Source of the DNA: Raillietiella orientalis
Taxonomy: Eukaryota
DNA: 64,000 bases
Assembly: GCA_036172245.1 (NCBI GenBank)
Contig: JAYWIR010000013.1
Location: 2,790,001-2,854,000, forward strand
Reading direction: 5' to 3'
Shown piece after piece: positions 47,636 through 59,800 of the stretch; position 1 is the stretch's first letter; every line of letters begins with the position of its first letter. The notes under the pieces are model-generated. The model did no database searches. It was not told where the DNA came from and worked only from the letters and a program-made list of their open reading frames with translations. Position numbers and translations under genes: made by a program.

Positions 47636-47949
47636 CTTGATGGTAGACTGCCAGATCGAACGAGCAGGCTCATGTAGCTCCAAGGTGCAATGAACTCAGC
47701 AAACGCAAACTATCAAAAGACAGCCGATGACCTGCTGTTTTCAGGATGAAGAAAAAATTCTCTGACTTAAATCCTCCGTGGACAGAGAAGGCATTCCAGT
47801 GCTCTGATGTCTGCGTCTTAGCTGCTGAGGCTGAATTGCTTGCGACCAGTTGCCACCGGGGATTGGGATCTTCCGGACTTCATGGAAACGGAAGCGGACG
47901 CTGGTGAACGTCGCGATAATTGGCGCATCCAATGATGTGAATCGCCGTC

Positions 47950-48795
47950 TCGCCCACCTTTGGGACAGCACGGTGCCCCATCAAGCAGTCAGCGGCGCCT
48001 CCCAGTCGCGCTGCCGCACGGGTGTCCCCGGGACTGCGGCTGCTGTCCGCTCGAGCCGAGTCTTCCGTCCTCCTGCAGCCGCAGCGGAAGCAGCGCCGCG
48101 CTGCCTGCCCGGGGGCACGGAGTGGTCGGCCCCCGCCCTACAGGCAAGTTGCCAGCTACCTCAAGCCACCAGAAGGGCTTCCTGCATGCCGCGAAGAGGG
48201 TGGGGGAGGGGGGGAGCAACCAGAGATTCCCCGTTCCTTCGCTCCTGACAGCTGGACGAAGGAGAGCATCTTCGGAGATGCAAGTGGGCCGCCCAGCACG
48301 AAACAGAGCCACGAGGACTTCGCGAGGGCGGACCGCGTCGACCTCTTGGGTCTGGTTCGGTGCCTCTTCGTGCGTGCCTCTCTGCCGCCAGTTCTCTGTT
48401 GCATCCGCGGAATCGTGGGAGCAGCCTGGAACGCGGGAAGATGCCCGAGCAGCAGGGACGCCATCCACTGGGCGCGGATCTTTTTGAAGACCACATCTAG
48501 ATGGCCCCACTGGGCAACGTCGAAACAACACTCGCCAGCATCCTGGACAGGATGCAAAGGACGGCTCCCGGCGTTCCCTCTACTCCCCATGAAGCATCCC
48601 CCCCCCCCTTTTTTTTTTCTGTTTTTTGCTTGCTTGTTTGCGGTTTTCCCTCCCCCTTCGCCGCGGAACGGACCTCGCCGGTCTGCGCACCGGCGGTGGC
48701 AAGTTTTTCGCTCGTGGTAGAACCACGTGTTCTACCACGATATCGTAAGTTTTCCGGCTTTTATTATAATTTGATAATAAATTCCCCGGAAGTGA
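47950..48795 (+). mobile_element. L1/Tx1-like 3' fragment
   Basis: LFVRASLPPVLCCIRGIVGAAW..RWPHW, then the 3' UTR hairpins and AATAAATTCCCCGG. The terminal motif is incomplete. Confidence 0.75.
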
Positions 48796-49689
48796 ACCCT
48801 CATGGACGACGCTTGGGTTCAGCATAGCAACAGCACACGGGCTGATGCACGAGGTCCCCTTGCGGACGGTGCAGCACGTCCGTCTGGAAAACGGCTTCGC
48901 GGCCTGGAGGACGGCGTCCCATCGTCTCGGCAAGATCGCGCGGCTCTGCCGGGAGGGACATCCGGCCACAAACCGTACAGGAGATTCGGGTGGGAGATGC
49001 TGAATTCTTCCTGCGAGAGTCTGGGACGGCGCGAAGAGCCGACAGCTGGGCAAGCTGATCCGGAACGAGAGAGTACTGGAGCTTCGCCCGCCCGAGCGAG
49101 TTGATCCCCTCCGCCTGCGAGAGGCGGATCGGGCAGGGATCCCCCTTCCTGTCTTCTCGCCCCGAAGAGCCCAGTGTGTAAGAGCAAGACGCGGTACAGC
49201 AAAGCAGTGTACCTTCCTCCCTCCTCTCCGCACGTTTCTTTTCGTTAATTGAATTTATCGCTCACGAATCGGAGGGTCTCCCACTGGGACAAACCAGTCC
49301 CTTCCCAGTTGTTCCCTCTCCCCCCCCGTCGCGACTTTGCTCCAGGTGACCAGGCCTTTCTCTTGGAATCAACAGATAGAAAAGACGGAACGGAGAGGGC
49401 GCTCCCATCCTTTCCGCGATCTCTCTGCCTCATCGACTCTGGGTCCATCCCTGAAATCCTTCTGCGGGGACACACCCCGTCGGCTCGCGAGGAACGCCGT
49501 CATCCAGGGTTCTGACCAGAACTCCTACAGATCCGACTCCAAGAAGCGGGATCGAAGGAAAGCGTCCCACAGCAGAGGGCATCGAGGCCGATCGCCGCCA
49601 CCGGCGTCCAGCCCAGGTTCCCGGGATCCGAGGACGAAATACCGACCGCAGAGGAGTCTCCGTGCGTCCCTCTGCCTCGAGCGATCGGA

Positions 49690-50558
49690 GTGACACCCGG
49701 TCACGCCGAGGAGTCTCTTTGTTAGAAACAAACATGGAGGTCAGTGGCAAGATGCGTGATCCTGCCACGTTACATGGATATACTGAAGGGGACCTGCTGG
49801 GAACCGGTGCGTAGGCCGGCGGGATTCGCCTCGGCAGCAAAGGGGAGACGAACAAAAAGAGAAATAAACCCCAAAATGCCAAAAATTAGGGAGGGGGGCT
49901 CGGGAAGGGATCATCGGGTGCTAGCGGGTGTCCTCTGCATCCTTGCCAGGACGCGGGCAAGTTCCTGTTTCGGCACCCCCGGATGGGTCCGGCATCTTGA
50001 CGCCATCCTCATGAGGAGGGCAGGCAAAATAGATGACGTCCCTGTCGTCCTGGCCTCCTCTTGCTTTGTTGCTCCATGCGGCCCCGATCCCGAAGAGACG
50101 CCGCTAGGGGTGCGGCCGGCGTGAGGACGTCGCGAAGGAAGAGACGCTTAAGAACGTCTCTGGGGTCGCCCTCGGGGATCCGCGGGGACGCGGCAAAGCG
50201 TTCCCATAGGGGGCGGAGGGCCACACAATGCACGAGCAGGTGCTAGAGGGACTGTCCCTCGCCGCACCTGCTGCACTTTGGGCTCGCCTCCTCCGCCGGG
50301 TCCCAATGGTGTTGGCGGGTGTTGCACGGGACACCCCAGTGCAGCAGCAGCAGGGGCACTCCTGCCACTTTAGGGGGATGGTCGCACCGTCCCAGCACGT
50401 TGGGGGCCACTGCAACTGCTCGGGAGGAATTCTTAGCAGCTCTCCGCAGCGTAGCAGTCCTTTGTGTGGGGCACTCGGGGTCGCGGCGTCCGCAGCTACC
50501 GAGCTGTTCACGTGCCCACGTATTTTTTCGTGTTTCGCATTACGTAGGTCACTTCCCA
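49690..50558 (-). mobile_element. 5'-truncated L1/Tx1-like insertion with 13-bp TSD (1 CpG mismatch)
   Basis: TCGAGCGATCGGA at 49677-49689 and TCGAGTGATCGGA at 50559-50571. Reads DAATP..PLKWQE..CSRCGEGQSL*HLLVHC and ends CTCCTCGGCGTGACCGGGTGTCAC. Confidence 0.88.
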
Positions 50559-51549
50559 TCGAGTGATCGGACGGGCCTCACTCCTTGCAGCACCGAGCCC
50601 GCTCCTGGAGATGGAGCCGGAGAGAGCCCGGCAAATACGGGCGCAGAAACGACACAGGCCCCAGACCCAGGATGAACAGAACGGACTGGGGGTGGAGCAG
50701 GCGAGGAGGAGACGACGCCGGCAGATAAGTGGATGGACGAGGAGCTGGACCCACGATGACGAATACGATCCCTGAGGCCGTGCGTCCTTTACACGTCCTT
50801 CCGGGACTCCATTTGACAAAAAACAAACGGGTAGGCTGCACCGGGAGCGGAAAAAGGGCTGGGAGTGGGGGTAAGGGGTAAGAGAATTGTGCCCGTCGGA
50901 CACCAGGGATCGCGAAAGGGCAAGGGGTCTAGAGTGCAAAAGGGAGGGAGGAATAGCGAGAATAAGTAACGGAGGAAAAAAGGAAAAACGAAGGGTCACC
51001 GGACTACAGTCCCTCCGGCACTCGTTCCTGGAGCGAACTCGAAAGGCGCTCTTCCCTTTGGTGTTTCGTCGTCCCTCTCTCGAGGAGAGTGACCAGGATG
51101 GTGGCTTCTCCTCCACGCCGCGGAGCCGCGTTGAGAAGTGAGCTGTTCGTCGGCGCGACGGGATGAAGGAAGGGGGTCGCGTGGTTGCAGCAGCGCAGGG
51201 GAATGGGGGATGGGGGGCGTCTACCTCAGATAAAGTTCTCCGCACGAGGTCCTTGAGTCCGTCGTCCCGGTGAGAGGGGGCTCTCGCCACGCGTCTTCCC
51301 ATACTAACAACGTTGCAGTCCGGAAGGAGGTGAGACACGGACTACGATCCACGTGCGTTTGAGGAAAAATCCTTCTCCCCTCTTCCGGGGGGGAGAGGGG
51401 GGAGATGACGACGGTTCCTGCTGCACACAAGTTGCCAATGAGGGAACAGGGAGCCGTTCTTTTCGTTGGTTGCAGAGGGTGAGCTGCTGAGTTGTTGAGG
51501 CACAAATGGGTTCACGAGGTGCGCAAGTGCGCGCGTCCGGGTGTCGGAG

Positions 51550-52000
51550 CTCCCGCATTGGCCAGACAGGATTCCGTCCGCTCGCATGGAGGAGTCTGGG
51601 CACACCGAAGGTGAATTCCCACGTCTTCTGGTTGTTGGCTGCTGTCCTTTCTCTCCCCTCGGTTCTGCGCCGCAATCCTTGAACAAGAAACCCTTGAACT
51701 TGCGCGGATTCTACGCAAAAAAAAAAAGGTAGCCAGTGGCCCGCGTCTGAGGCCACGTGGCCGCTGAGGTCTACGCGTGCGGCACCACCAAGCGTCTCGG
51801 GCTGGAATACTCTGCAAGAATGGAAGCCGAGAGATGGGGGTGCGTCGTGGGTTCGAGTTCCTCCCGCGAGATGACTCTGGTCCGCCTACATCCATTCGGG
51901 TGCAGAACCGGTAGTTGTTCAAACCGGATGCCCCCGATGAGTGATCGGGACAATGCGAGTCGACCTTCCGGGGTCCTTCCAGGAATCAAGGTGTGTGGGG
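51550..52000 (+). mobile_element. L1/Tx1-like RT relic
   Basis: GEFP..KKPLNL (~GxxP..RPIxL). 51845-51990 is visibly paralogous to 45815-45955. Confidence 0.35.
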
Positions 52001-52114
52001 GAACTTCCCCCTCCGGTTGTGCAAAGGATCCGTCCCTCCCCCCTCGTGGATGGACCCTCCGTCTCGTTACCATGGAGATGGTGGATTAATGATGCCTCTC
52101 CAGAGTGCATAAAG

Positions 52115-52365
52115 AAGAGTGCCACTCCCTTCGGGGTTCCCTTCAGGGGAGCAAACAAGAGTGGGTCCCTAGCGGGGATTCCCTATGGAGAAGGAATTTC
52201 AGGAGCGGACCCTCTCCGTGGGTCCCTCTGGAGAAGAAAAAATGGAGCGGGCCCCTGCAAGGGTCCCTCCGGAGACAATAAGGAAGAGGAGACTCCCTTC
52301 GGGGTTCCCTTCGGAGACAACCGGGATCGATGTTCCCTTGAGGGGACCCGTCCCCAGGCGAGAGA
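52115..52365 (+). repeat. degenerate ~42-bp tandem repeat, about 6 units
   Basis: Recurring CCCT..GGG..CCCT..GGAGA unit. The 21-mer ACTCCCTTCGGGGTTCCCTTC is identical at 52124 and 52292, 168 bp (4x42) apart. Confidence 0.7.
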
Positions 52366-52649
52366 GGAACGGACTTCAAACCGTTCCTGGATTCACAGGG
52401 CGATCTCCTCCTACGATACCCCCTTATCTCGAAGAATCAACACGCAGCCTCGGGTGGTGTGGAACAGTGTTAAAGAGCTGCGTGGACCACCTCCAGGGGC
52501 GCAATGGTTCTTGAGGTACTCAGAGAACCAAAAAAAGCTGGAAGGAAAAGGCGAAGACAGAAAAGAACCTCCAAAAGGAATTTCCATCTTCCAAAGGCCA
52601 GTAACGACCCCACGAGGAGATCGCTGCTATTGACCTACGTCCTCTCTGG

Positions 52650-53400
52650 CTCCTCTCGGGAGGACGCCTCGTTGGATCGTCCCCCCACGCCCTCACCACG
52701 TCTTCGCCTCCCATCAGGCGGAGGACCAACAAAAAGCAGGTGCTGGACGGGGAGGACCACCGAGCTGTTACATACCGACGCTCCCGGGGGCAGAGGAGCC
52801 CGCCGCCCGCGTGCGGACCCGGCGCCTTGGATGCTTCGCGATGGCGCTCGGATGGCGAAAATGCAGCGCATCGGCGGTTGCCCATGGGCACGCCGGCATA
52901 TTTGAAATTGTCACCCACGGGATACCTCAGACGGATCCGATGCGACTGCCCTTCCCACGCTTCCCCGAGGGGGACGACCGGCGCATTTCTCCCTGCTGCC
53001 CTCTGCCCGGCCAGCGGAACGGAAGTGCTTTCCTGGCTCTCGCCAACAGCTGCAGGTTTCATCCGCCTGTGCGGAGCGGATCTGGCGTCTTGGCGGCGAG
53101 AATGGCGGAAGTGCCGACGGGGGCCGCGAATGAGGGAAGGGGCGACACCGGGGAACTCGCTTTCTCGGCCAAGGGGGTGGGGAGTTGCTAGAGCGGTTTC
53201 CTCCGCCTTGTGATAGCTACTCACGGAGACGGAGGAGGAGGTGGTCTCCAGGCAATCGACTCCCTGAAACGGGAAGACGTGGTGTGCCAGGTGGCCCACG
53301 GTGCGGGCCGAAAATAGGGGCCCAAGTGGCTCCAGGATGCCTGCCGACCTTCCTGTGTTGCAAGGTGGGACTGGCTTGGTCTTCCTCCGGTTGCGCGCTC
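52650..53400 (-). mobile_element. L1/Tx1-like RT relic
   Basis: GRHPGATWAPIF (~GxRQGCPLAPxLF), VSSYHKAEET (~VSAYADD) and FKYAGVPMG (~FKYLGVP). Confidence 0.55.
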
Positions 53401-53497
53401 TCTTGAGGAAGGGGACTGCTTAATCGGAGTGGCGACAAGGCCTCTCGGTGGTCAGCGGGGAGTCGGTAGTGGAGCCCGCCTTCAAGGATGCAGAACG

Positions 53498-53499
<2 letters not shown>

Positions 53500-53528
<29 letters not shown>
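53500..53528 (+). repeat. poly(A) run, 29 nt
   Basis: Read directly. I found no convincing TSD or parent element. Confidence 0.9.
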
Positions 53529-53530
<2 letters not shown>

Positions 53531-55599
53531 GCTACAGAATCCCATCCGTGTCGGGGGCAGGAGGTTCTAGTAACCGCGGACCACTTGGCGGGGGCGGTTG
53601 GACGTGGACCAAGTCCTTCGCCAGCCCTCCAAATAGCGTGACTGAGGTGCCCGTCTTCTGGTCTAAATCCGTTGTTCCCGGGACTTGGAGGGGAATCTTC
53701 AGTGGCTCAGGTATTGCAGCACGTGTCGCCGAACACGGAGACCTGGGACGGTCCTACCAGTGGTTTCTAGGGGCAACCAAAAGCGCTCAGCAGATGCAAC
53801 CAAACGAAACATCTGAAGAGAAGGTTCCGAGCGAGATTCGTTGTTAACGCTGCGGGCCAGGGCACATGATGCCCCCCCAAACACGTGCCTAAAGAGACTT
53901 GTTCGCGACGCTCCTGCCACGCGAACGAGGGAGCAGTCGAAAAAGGGGGGAAACGCTCGCGGACCGAGTCGCGAAACTAAAACAGGGGAAACGGTCGCTA
54001 TCTGACCAGATAGATCCAGATGCCATGGAAACATCCTCCCTAGAAAGCCGGAGGGACGATGGTGATAAGGTGGGCTGGAAAGCGGCTCCTAACCAAAAGG
54101 AAAAAAAGGCAGGCAGAGGGCGAAACGGCGAGTCGCGACGGTGAAAAAGCGAACAAAACGGCGGATTCCTTCCTGCAAGGTCACGCTCGGTCACACATCA
54201 CGGCGATCGAAATTATCGCTACGGCAAATGTGGTGAGAAGCAGAAGCCACAGAAGGAGGCGGCAACGATCGACTCCGTCCATCAGAATCTCCGGAGGCCA
54301 CGGTGCTGCTGCCCTCTCTGAGAGAAAAGGGAAAGTGACAGCAGCGATCAACGATGCAAAGGCGTCTCGCAGGAGAAAACCGGTGTGATGCCTTTGCCTT
54401 TGAATCCGAACAGGAGATGGGACCCTCCCTTCCCCCCCCCCCCACACACACACACAACACCGCGCGGACGCAGGAACATGCAGAACCACCGGAACCAAAA
54501 CAGCGAAGCGGCACGTATCCTACCTGGAGAAGGGGATGTGCTAGCCTCCGAAGCTGATGACATGCAGGTGGTAGGTTGGCGGAGAGGATCCTCTGCTCTG
54601 GAATGAGAAAGGAGAGGTAAGGGAAGGGTAGAAGAAAGGGACTCCAATTTCCTTCCAGTTCGCCTCCTCACCCGAGTGTATACCGCCTGATCATCAACCA
54701 GCAATATGGGAAGTCGCCTTCTGCCGTCTCGACCGCGCGTGGCGTATTGGGCCACACGACGACGGCAGGAGACCAGACCTAGCCACAGCCCTGCGTCCGA
54801 TTCGACACCCTTGGATTCTCCTCCTTCTCCCAATCCTCACCTTCTCGGACCAACTCGTTTCCTGCCGCCTCCCTTGGTTCCGTGAGACGTGTTGCAGATG
54901 AAGCCAGATCTTCACGGAGAATGGACCGACCATCATCCGTGATTTGTCCGGGAGCAGCATGCGCCTGATCCGAAATCACATAGGAGTCTGCTTTCTTCCT
55001 CCCCCTCCCTTTCCCTTTTTTTGCGGACCGCGCACCCCCACGATTTCGACGGCAACCCAGCGTCCTCTGTTCACTCGAGCGATGGGACTCAGTCCAAGAG
55101 TTTGGGCAAATTTTTTTTCTCGTCGAAATAGGGAGGAGGTGCACTCTCAGTGGTGGGAATGAACCTCTCCCATTTCCATAAATCATAGGGGCGTGTCTCA
55201 GCAGTAGCGGTTCTCGCAAGACTCCGGCAGTGGTCCGCCAGCAGTCATGCGCTCACCTTGAGCTCTGGACTTCTTAAGCCTCCGTTAGGGGAGGGACTCC
55301 CCAGCTTGCCCTAGCCCGGAGGGTGTAGCAGGATCGCTGCTTGCAGAGGCGCTCTGAGGTCTCTCTAAGGGACACATGCAAGAGAACGCTCGTCACTATG
55401 GGGGGTGCGCAAGAGGCGAAAGACGGATGAAGAGCAGCACGGGAGAGGCACGACGGGGAGATGCGCGCGTTTCCGGCCACCAGTGGCCGAAGATGACCTC
55501 AGTGGCGACCGCGCGCTCTGATTCTCCCTACCTCCTGCGAACGATTCCACCCCATCTCCGGGTGAGACAACTTCCGCTCCCGGCGTGAGCCAAGGAGGA

Positions 55600-56090
55600 G
55601 AGCGAAGTTACCGGGGAAGCACGGGACGCACGCCGGCATGGGAACGAGATTTCCCGGGAGGCTCACGTCGAGCACTTCCTGACGCACTCGTCCAGCGGCT
55701 ACCCGGACTGCCAGACCAGGCTCACGTGTTGATCTTGGCCGCGTGCTCTACGCAAGAGAGAGCGCATCCCGGCGTGCCGGGAGAGGGCGAGCGACGGTGC
55801 TGTTCCCGGCTGCCTCAGCAAAGCCGAAGGGAAACGGGGGCGGCGAAACGGTTCATGGAGACCTCCAGACGATCCCGGCCGCGAATTACTCGGATGGCGA
55901 AGCCGCAGAGAGACGTGCGGAGTGGCTGCGCTGCCTCCAGGTGGTTCAGCCGGTTGCACGACGGGACCCTTTCCGGGAGGGAGGAAACCCCGGATAGGGA
56001 AGCTCCCGTGGGGAACGCCGAGGTCGCTCCGCCTTCGGTATCCAAGGAGAGGGTCGCATGGCTCCCTGGACGATCTTGAGATCCACCTCA
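55600..56090 (+). mobile_element. L1/Tx1-like linker to early RT fragment, inverted copy 2 of the triplicated tract
   Basis: EGER..IGKLPW..YPRRG (~GxLP..LxPKKG). 55615-56019 is the reverse complement of about 32549-32952. Confidence 0.6.
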
Positions 56091-56170
56091 GCAAGGCAAA
56101 GTCGTGTGGTCTCGGACTCCAAAGCGGTGATCGGTCCCCACAGTTCGGTAGAATCGGACTCCCTACAAAC

Positions 56171-56206
56171 GCGCTGGACCACGTGGTTACCCACGTGGTC
56201 CAGCGC
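56171..56206. repeat. perfect inverted repeat, 16-bp arms with 4-nt spacer
   Basis: GCGCTGGACCACGTGG-TTAC-CCACGTGGTCCAGCGC. Confidence 0.95.
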
Positions 56207-57899
56207 ACCCTGTCTCCAGTCTTTCTTGCTTGAGGACAGCACGGCCAGGAAATCCCTTTATAGAGGTCGTTCGGCTGCGCCATAATTAAGAGTAGTGGAT
56301 GACGGGGAGGCCTCATACGCTTCCGCGTCCGCGTCTGCGTGTGGAGCCGTGGCAACGCGCGAGCGGAGCGCGCTCGGGGAGACGGCAGTAAGCATCCCGA
56401 AAACCATGCCGTCAGAGCGCGCCCTTGGAGGCGGTGACCGCGTCTGCGTTCGTTCGTTCCGCTGGAGGAGGTGAGTTCGGAGCTCGCGTCTGGGGCGAGG
56501 GGTGGCCGAGTCTCCTTCCGGTCGCAGATGGGGCGCCTGTAGGCGGCGGTGGGGCTCCGCAAAGCTCACCACGTCCGTTCCGCGACGCGACCGGATGAGA
56601 ACGCGCGACGGCAACCATGAAAAAGGGAAACGAAAGATGCCTCATCCGGTACCGTTTCCTGGAGAGCGTTCACTTGGTTGCCGGGGTGCGCGTGCATGGA
56701 TGCGGGATAGACGTCGATGCACCCATTGTGCGTTCAGCATCCCTTCGCGGTTGGCTGAGAGGCAAAGGGGAGGGGGGGGGGGGGGACCGCCGATGACGCG
56801 TTTGCTGATTTGATCTGGGTCCGATGAACACCCGCATGTTTCGAGGAGTTTTTTGGAAGGGGGGGGGGGCGCACCTGACAACGAGGTTGCGTAGCGACGT
56901 CCGCTCTTTCTGTTAGAAGACAGGGGATTCCATGGCCTTCCTTTCGTGGCTCCTTGAATCTCTGGATGCCGAGACGTTTGGTATCTAAAAAAGAAATCTC
57001 TACGGACGACCTTTTCTGCTCATTCGCGTTCGCTTCAGGAACCGCCTTCCCTCGAAAATCATCTCTGGTCTCCGTTCGCTACTCCGAGCTCAGAAAGTCT
57101 CGCCATCCGGAAGGAATCGCAGGTTTACATCTGCAGGAGAAGAAGAAAAGAACAAAAAAAAAGAGGAGTGGTCCAGCGATCTTTGAGAGCGAATCTTTTC
57201 GTCCCTACTTGAATGGCAGCGTGGAAAGAAAGCGTTCAGTCTTCGCGCTTGATCCAAAGTGGATCGCGAGCGCTCATCCCGATTGTCTGGAGCTCGCGAT
57301 CCTCTTTGGATGAAGGGCTCCTAAGAAACCCAAGAAATTTCGCCATCCAGGAAATCCGTGCTCGCTCCCTCCCACTTTCTTTTTTGTTTGCACTTTCACA
57401 AGGAGCTCGTGAAAACGATCTCCATCGTGGTCTGCGAAACCGCTCCCGGAGAGCAAAGAACTCCTCCGAACCGCCTCTTCAGAGAGTACCTATTCCCCCC
57501 CCTGGTAACCCCGAGCGACGCGCTGGCGAAAGGCTCTCGGGATTCCACGAATCGGAGGGAGATGCCGCATCAAAGGGAAAGAGGAAACTCGAATTGAAAA
57601 TGGGAGGTTGACTAACAACCACTCCACACAGTCATCATCATCACATATCATCATACATGGAAAAAATTACGCCCCATTGCAGTCTGCTGCCTCCGCTGCT
57701 GCTGCTGCTGCGGCGGCTCAAAGCTAAGAGACCGCCTTCCAGTTTCATTGCTCGTTCGGTCCAAACCTCTGAGCCGCCAAGCCTGGACCCAAAAAACTCG
57801 AGGCATCCGGGAATCCAGCCCGGCCGCTCGATGAGGGCATCTGAGTCTCCCTCCCATCTCTCAGCTTCGTAGAGGACGGTTCCTGCTGCTCGCCGGTGG

Positions 57900-58300
57900 C
57901 GCTTGCTACGGAAGAACCGTCGCGAGATGTGCAGGGACTCGAAAGACACGAAGCGACCCTCCGGCGGAATGCAACTCCAGCGGCCGGCACCGGCGATCGG
58001 AAAGTCTTGGCGTGGCACGGGAAGGGACCGAAAACAGTCGCGGAAGCTGACGAGCGTCTTCCCGTGAGCGGACGAGCTGCAGGCGGGCCTGCACAGCGGG
58101 CTTGCGTTGGAACCCCGGCTGCCCTATCCGCCCCGCTGGGCCGCACTGCCACCCGGGGATAGTGCCACACAAGCTAGTGTTCAATCCGCGTGCTCCAAAT
58201 GCACTGCGAGCTGTCGCTGGCGCGATGCACGCTGCCGGCGTTGCAGCTTCACTCCAGCAGCTTCATCCGGTTGATGGTTCAGACCCCTCCCGCCATCGGG
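57900..58300 (+). mobile_element. Gypsy-like RNase H end and integrase zinc-finger relic
   Basis: HGKGPKTVAEADERLP (~PGKxNxxADALSRLP) followed by HCHPGI (~HxGHPGI). Confidence 0.35.
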
Positions 58301-58422
58301 AAGAGAAGGAACCTTCCATCGGTGGTCTGGCGAGGCAGCCTGAAGAGGTCACCAAGACCACACCTTCCGACGGAAGACTTGAGGACGAATCCGCGCCCAG
58401 AGACCCGCGCTCGGAGTCGGCT

Positions 58423-59248
58423 CAGGGTAGGGAGACTTTCTGGGCGTTCCCCACGGGAGCTTCCCTATCCGGGGTTTCCTCCCTCCCGGAAAGGGTCCCG
58501 TCGTGCAACCGGCTGAACCACCTGGAGGCAGCGGAGCCACTCCGCACGTCTCTCTGCGGCTTCGCCATCCGAGTAATTCGCGGCCGGGATCGTCTGGAGG
58601 TCTCCATGAACCGTTTCGCCGCCCCCGTTTCCCTTCGGCTTTGCTGAGGCAGCCGGGAACAGCACCGTCGCTCGCCCTCTCCCGGCACGCCGGGATGCGC
58701 TCTCTCTTGCGTAGAGCACGCGGCCAAGATCAACACGTGAGCCTGGTCTGGCAGTCCGGGTAGCCGCTGGACGAGTGCTTCAGGAAGTGCTCGACGTGAG
58801 CCTCCCGGGAAATCTCGTTCCCATGCCGGCGCGCGTCCCGTGCTTCCGGCATGGGAACGGATCCTGGGCTTCCTGGCCGTGCGTCCTTCTCATCGTCAGA
58901 GGGCCGTCATCTTGATGACGCGCGCAGGGATCTCCCTCGAAACGGAGGGACGTCGCCCCACCCCGCCCCTGTGAAGAGGATCCTCCAAGGTGCGCGCTGT
59001 GGAATGGTGGTAACCCTTCCACCCGACTGCAGCGGGAATGAAGCGCATGAATAGCGTTTTTCCTGATGCTGCGCTTCTGGACCAGAACGGTCTCCTCTCC
59101 GCATTCGCGAGAGGCGCTTCCTCTTCCTCCTGGCGAATGTCCCCGACTCCCTGCCCGACGGGAGCGACGGCCGCTCCCGATCGTGGCGGTCGCTGCCGCC
59201 CTCACAAGGAGAGCGACGAGGCGATCCATACTGGGACGCGGGATGCAA
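58423..59248 (-). mobile_element. L1/Tx1-like linker fragment, copy 3 of the triplicated tract
   Basis: Near-identical to 32528-33280, plus 73 extra bp at 58860-58932. Confidence 0.6.
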
Positions 59249-59259
59249 AGGAACCTTCA

Positions 59260-59800
59260 AACGATTCTGCAGCAGTGATGGAGCACATCGCATGGGATTG
59301 TGAGCAGTCCACTTTCTCTTCAAGCTGCTCAACTCGGAGGATCTTCCATTGGTCCCAGAGCAGAAAAGCACCTCCTGGCGATGGAGGGCATTGCTCTCGA
59401 TGAACCTGGATGCTTGAAGATTGCCGAGAACCCATTGGAATGCCGACTTGACCATGGTGCTGACTTGAGCGGTTTCGACCCACCAACTTTAGTTTGGCGG
59501 CCAGCGCCTCTGCCGCGAGGTCAAGTTTGGAGTGAAGTTTTTGGCTTGAGGACCGTTTCCTTGTTGAGCCAAGAGTTGCGGAGACAGGACGCTCTCCAAT
59601 TCTCCTATCTGATCGGGATCCGAGGCATCTGCTGGTCCAGATGCCTCAGCTGCTAGTGGCATGTGACGACACCATTCTTTTCTGTCCTTTTTCGTCTTCA
59701 GGATTCCGCGTTTCTTGATCTCCTTCTTTCCTGACGACTGAAGGGGACTTCGGTTTTCGTCCAGCTGAAGGAGCGAGGAGTGAGTGGCCAACGGCCTCGT
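59260..59800 (-). mobile_element. Gypsy-like RT relic
   Basis: KEIKKRGIL, EWC..PL, LLAQ..AKNFT, LKSAP/SAFQWVL and RESGL occur in Gypsy RT order. Confidence 0.4.

Noticed and set aside
52115..52365. CRISPR-like repeat-spacer array
   Set aside because: The units are degenerate along their whole length with no unique spacers, there are no cas genes, and the context is eukaryotic.
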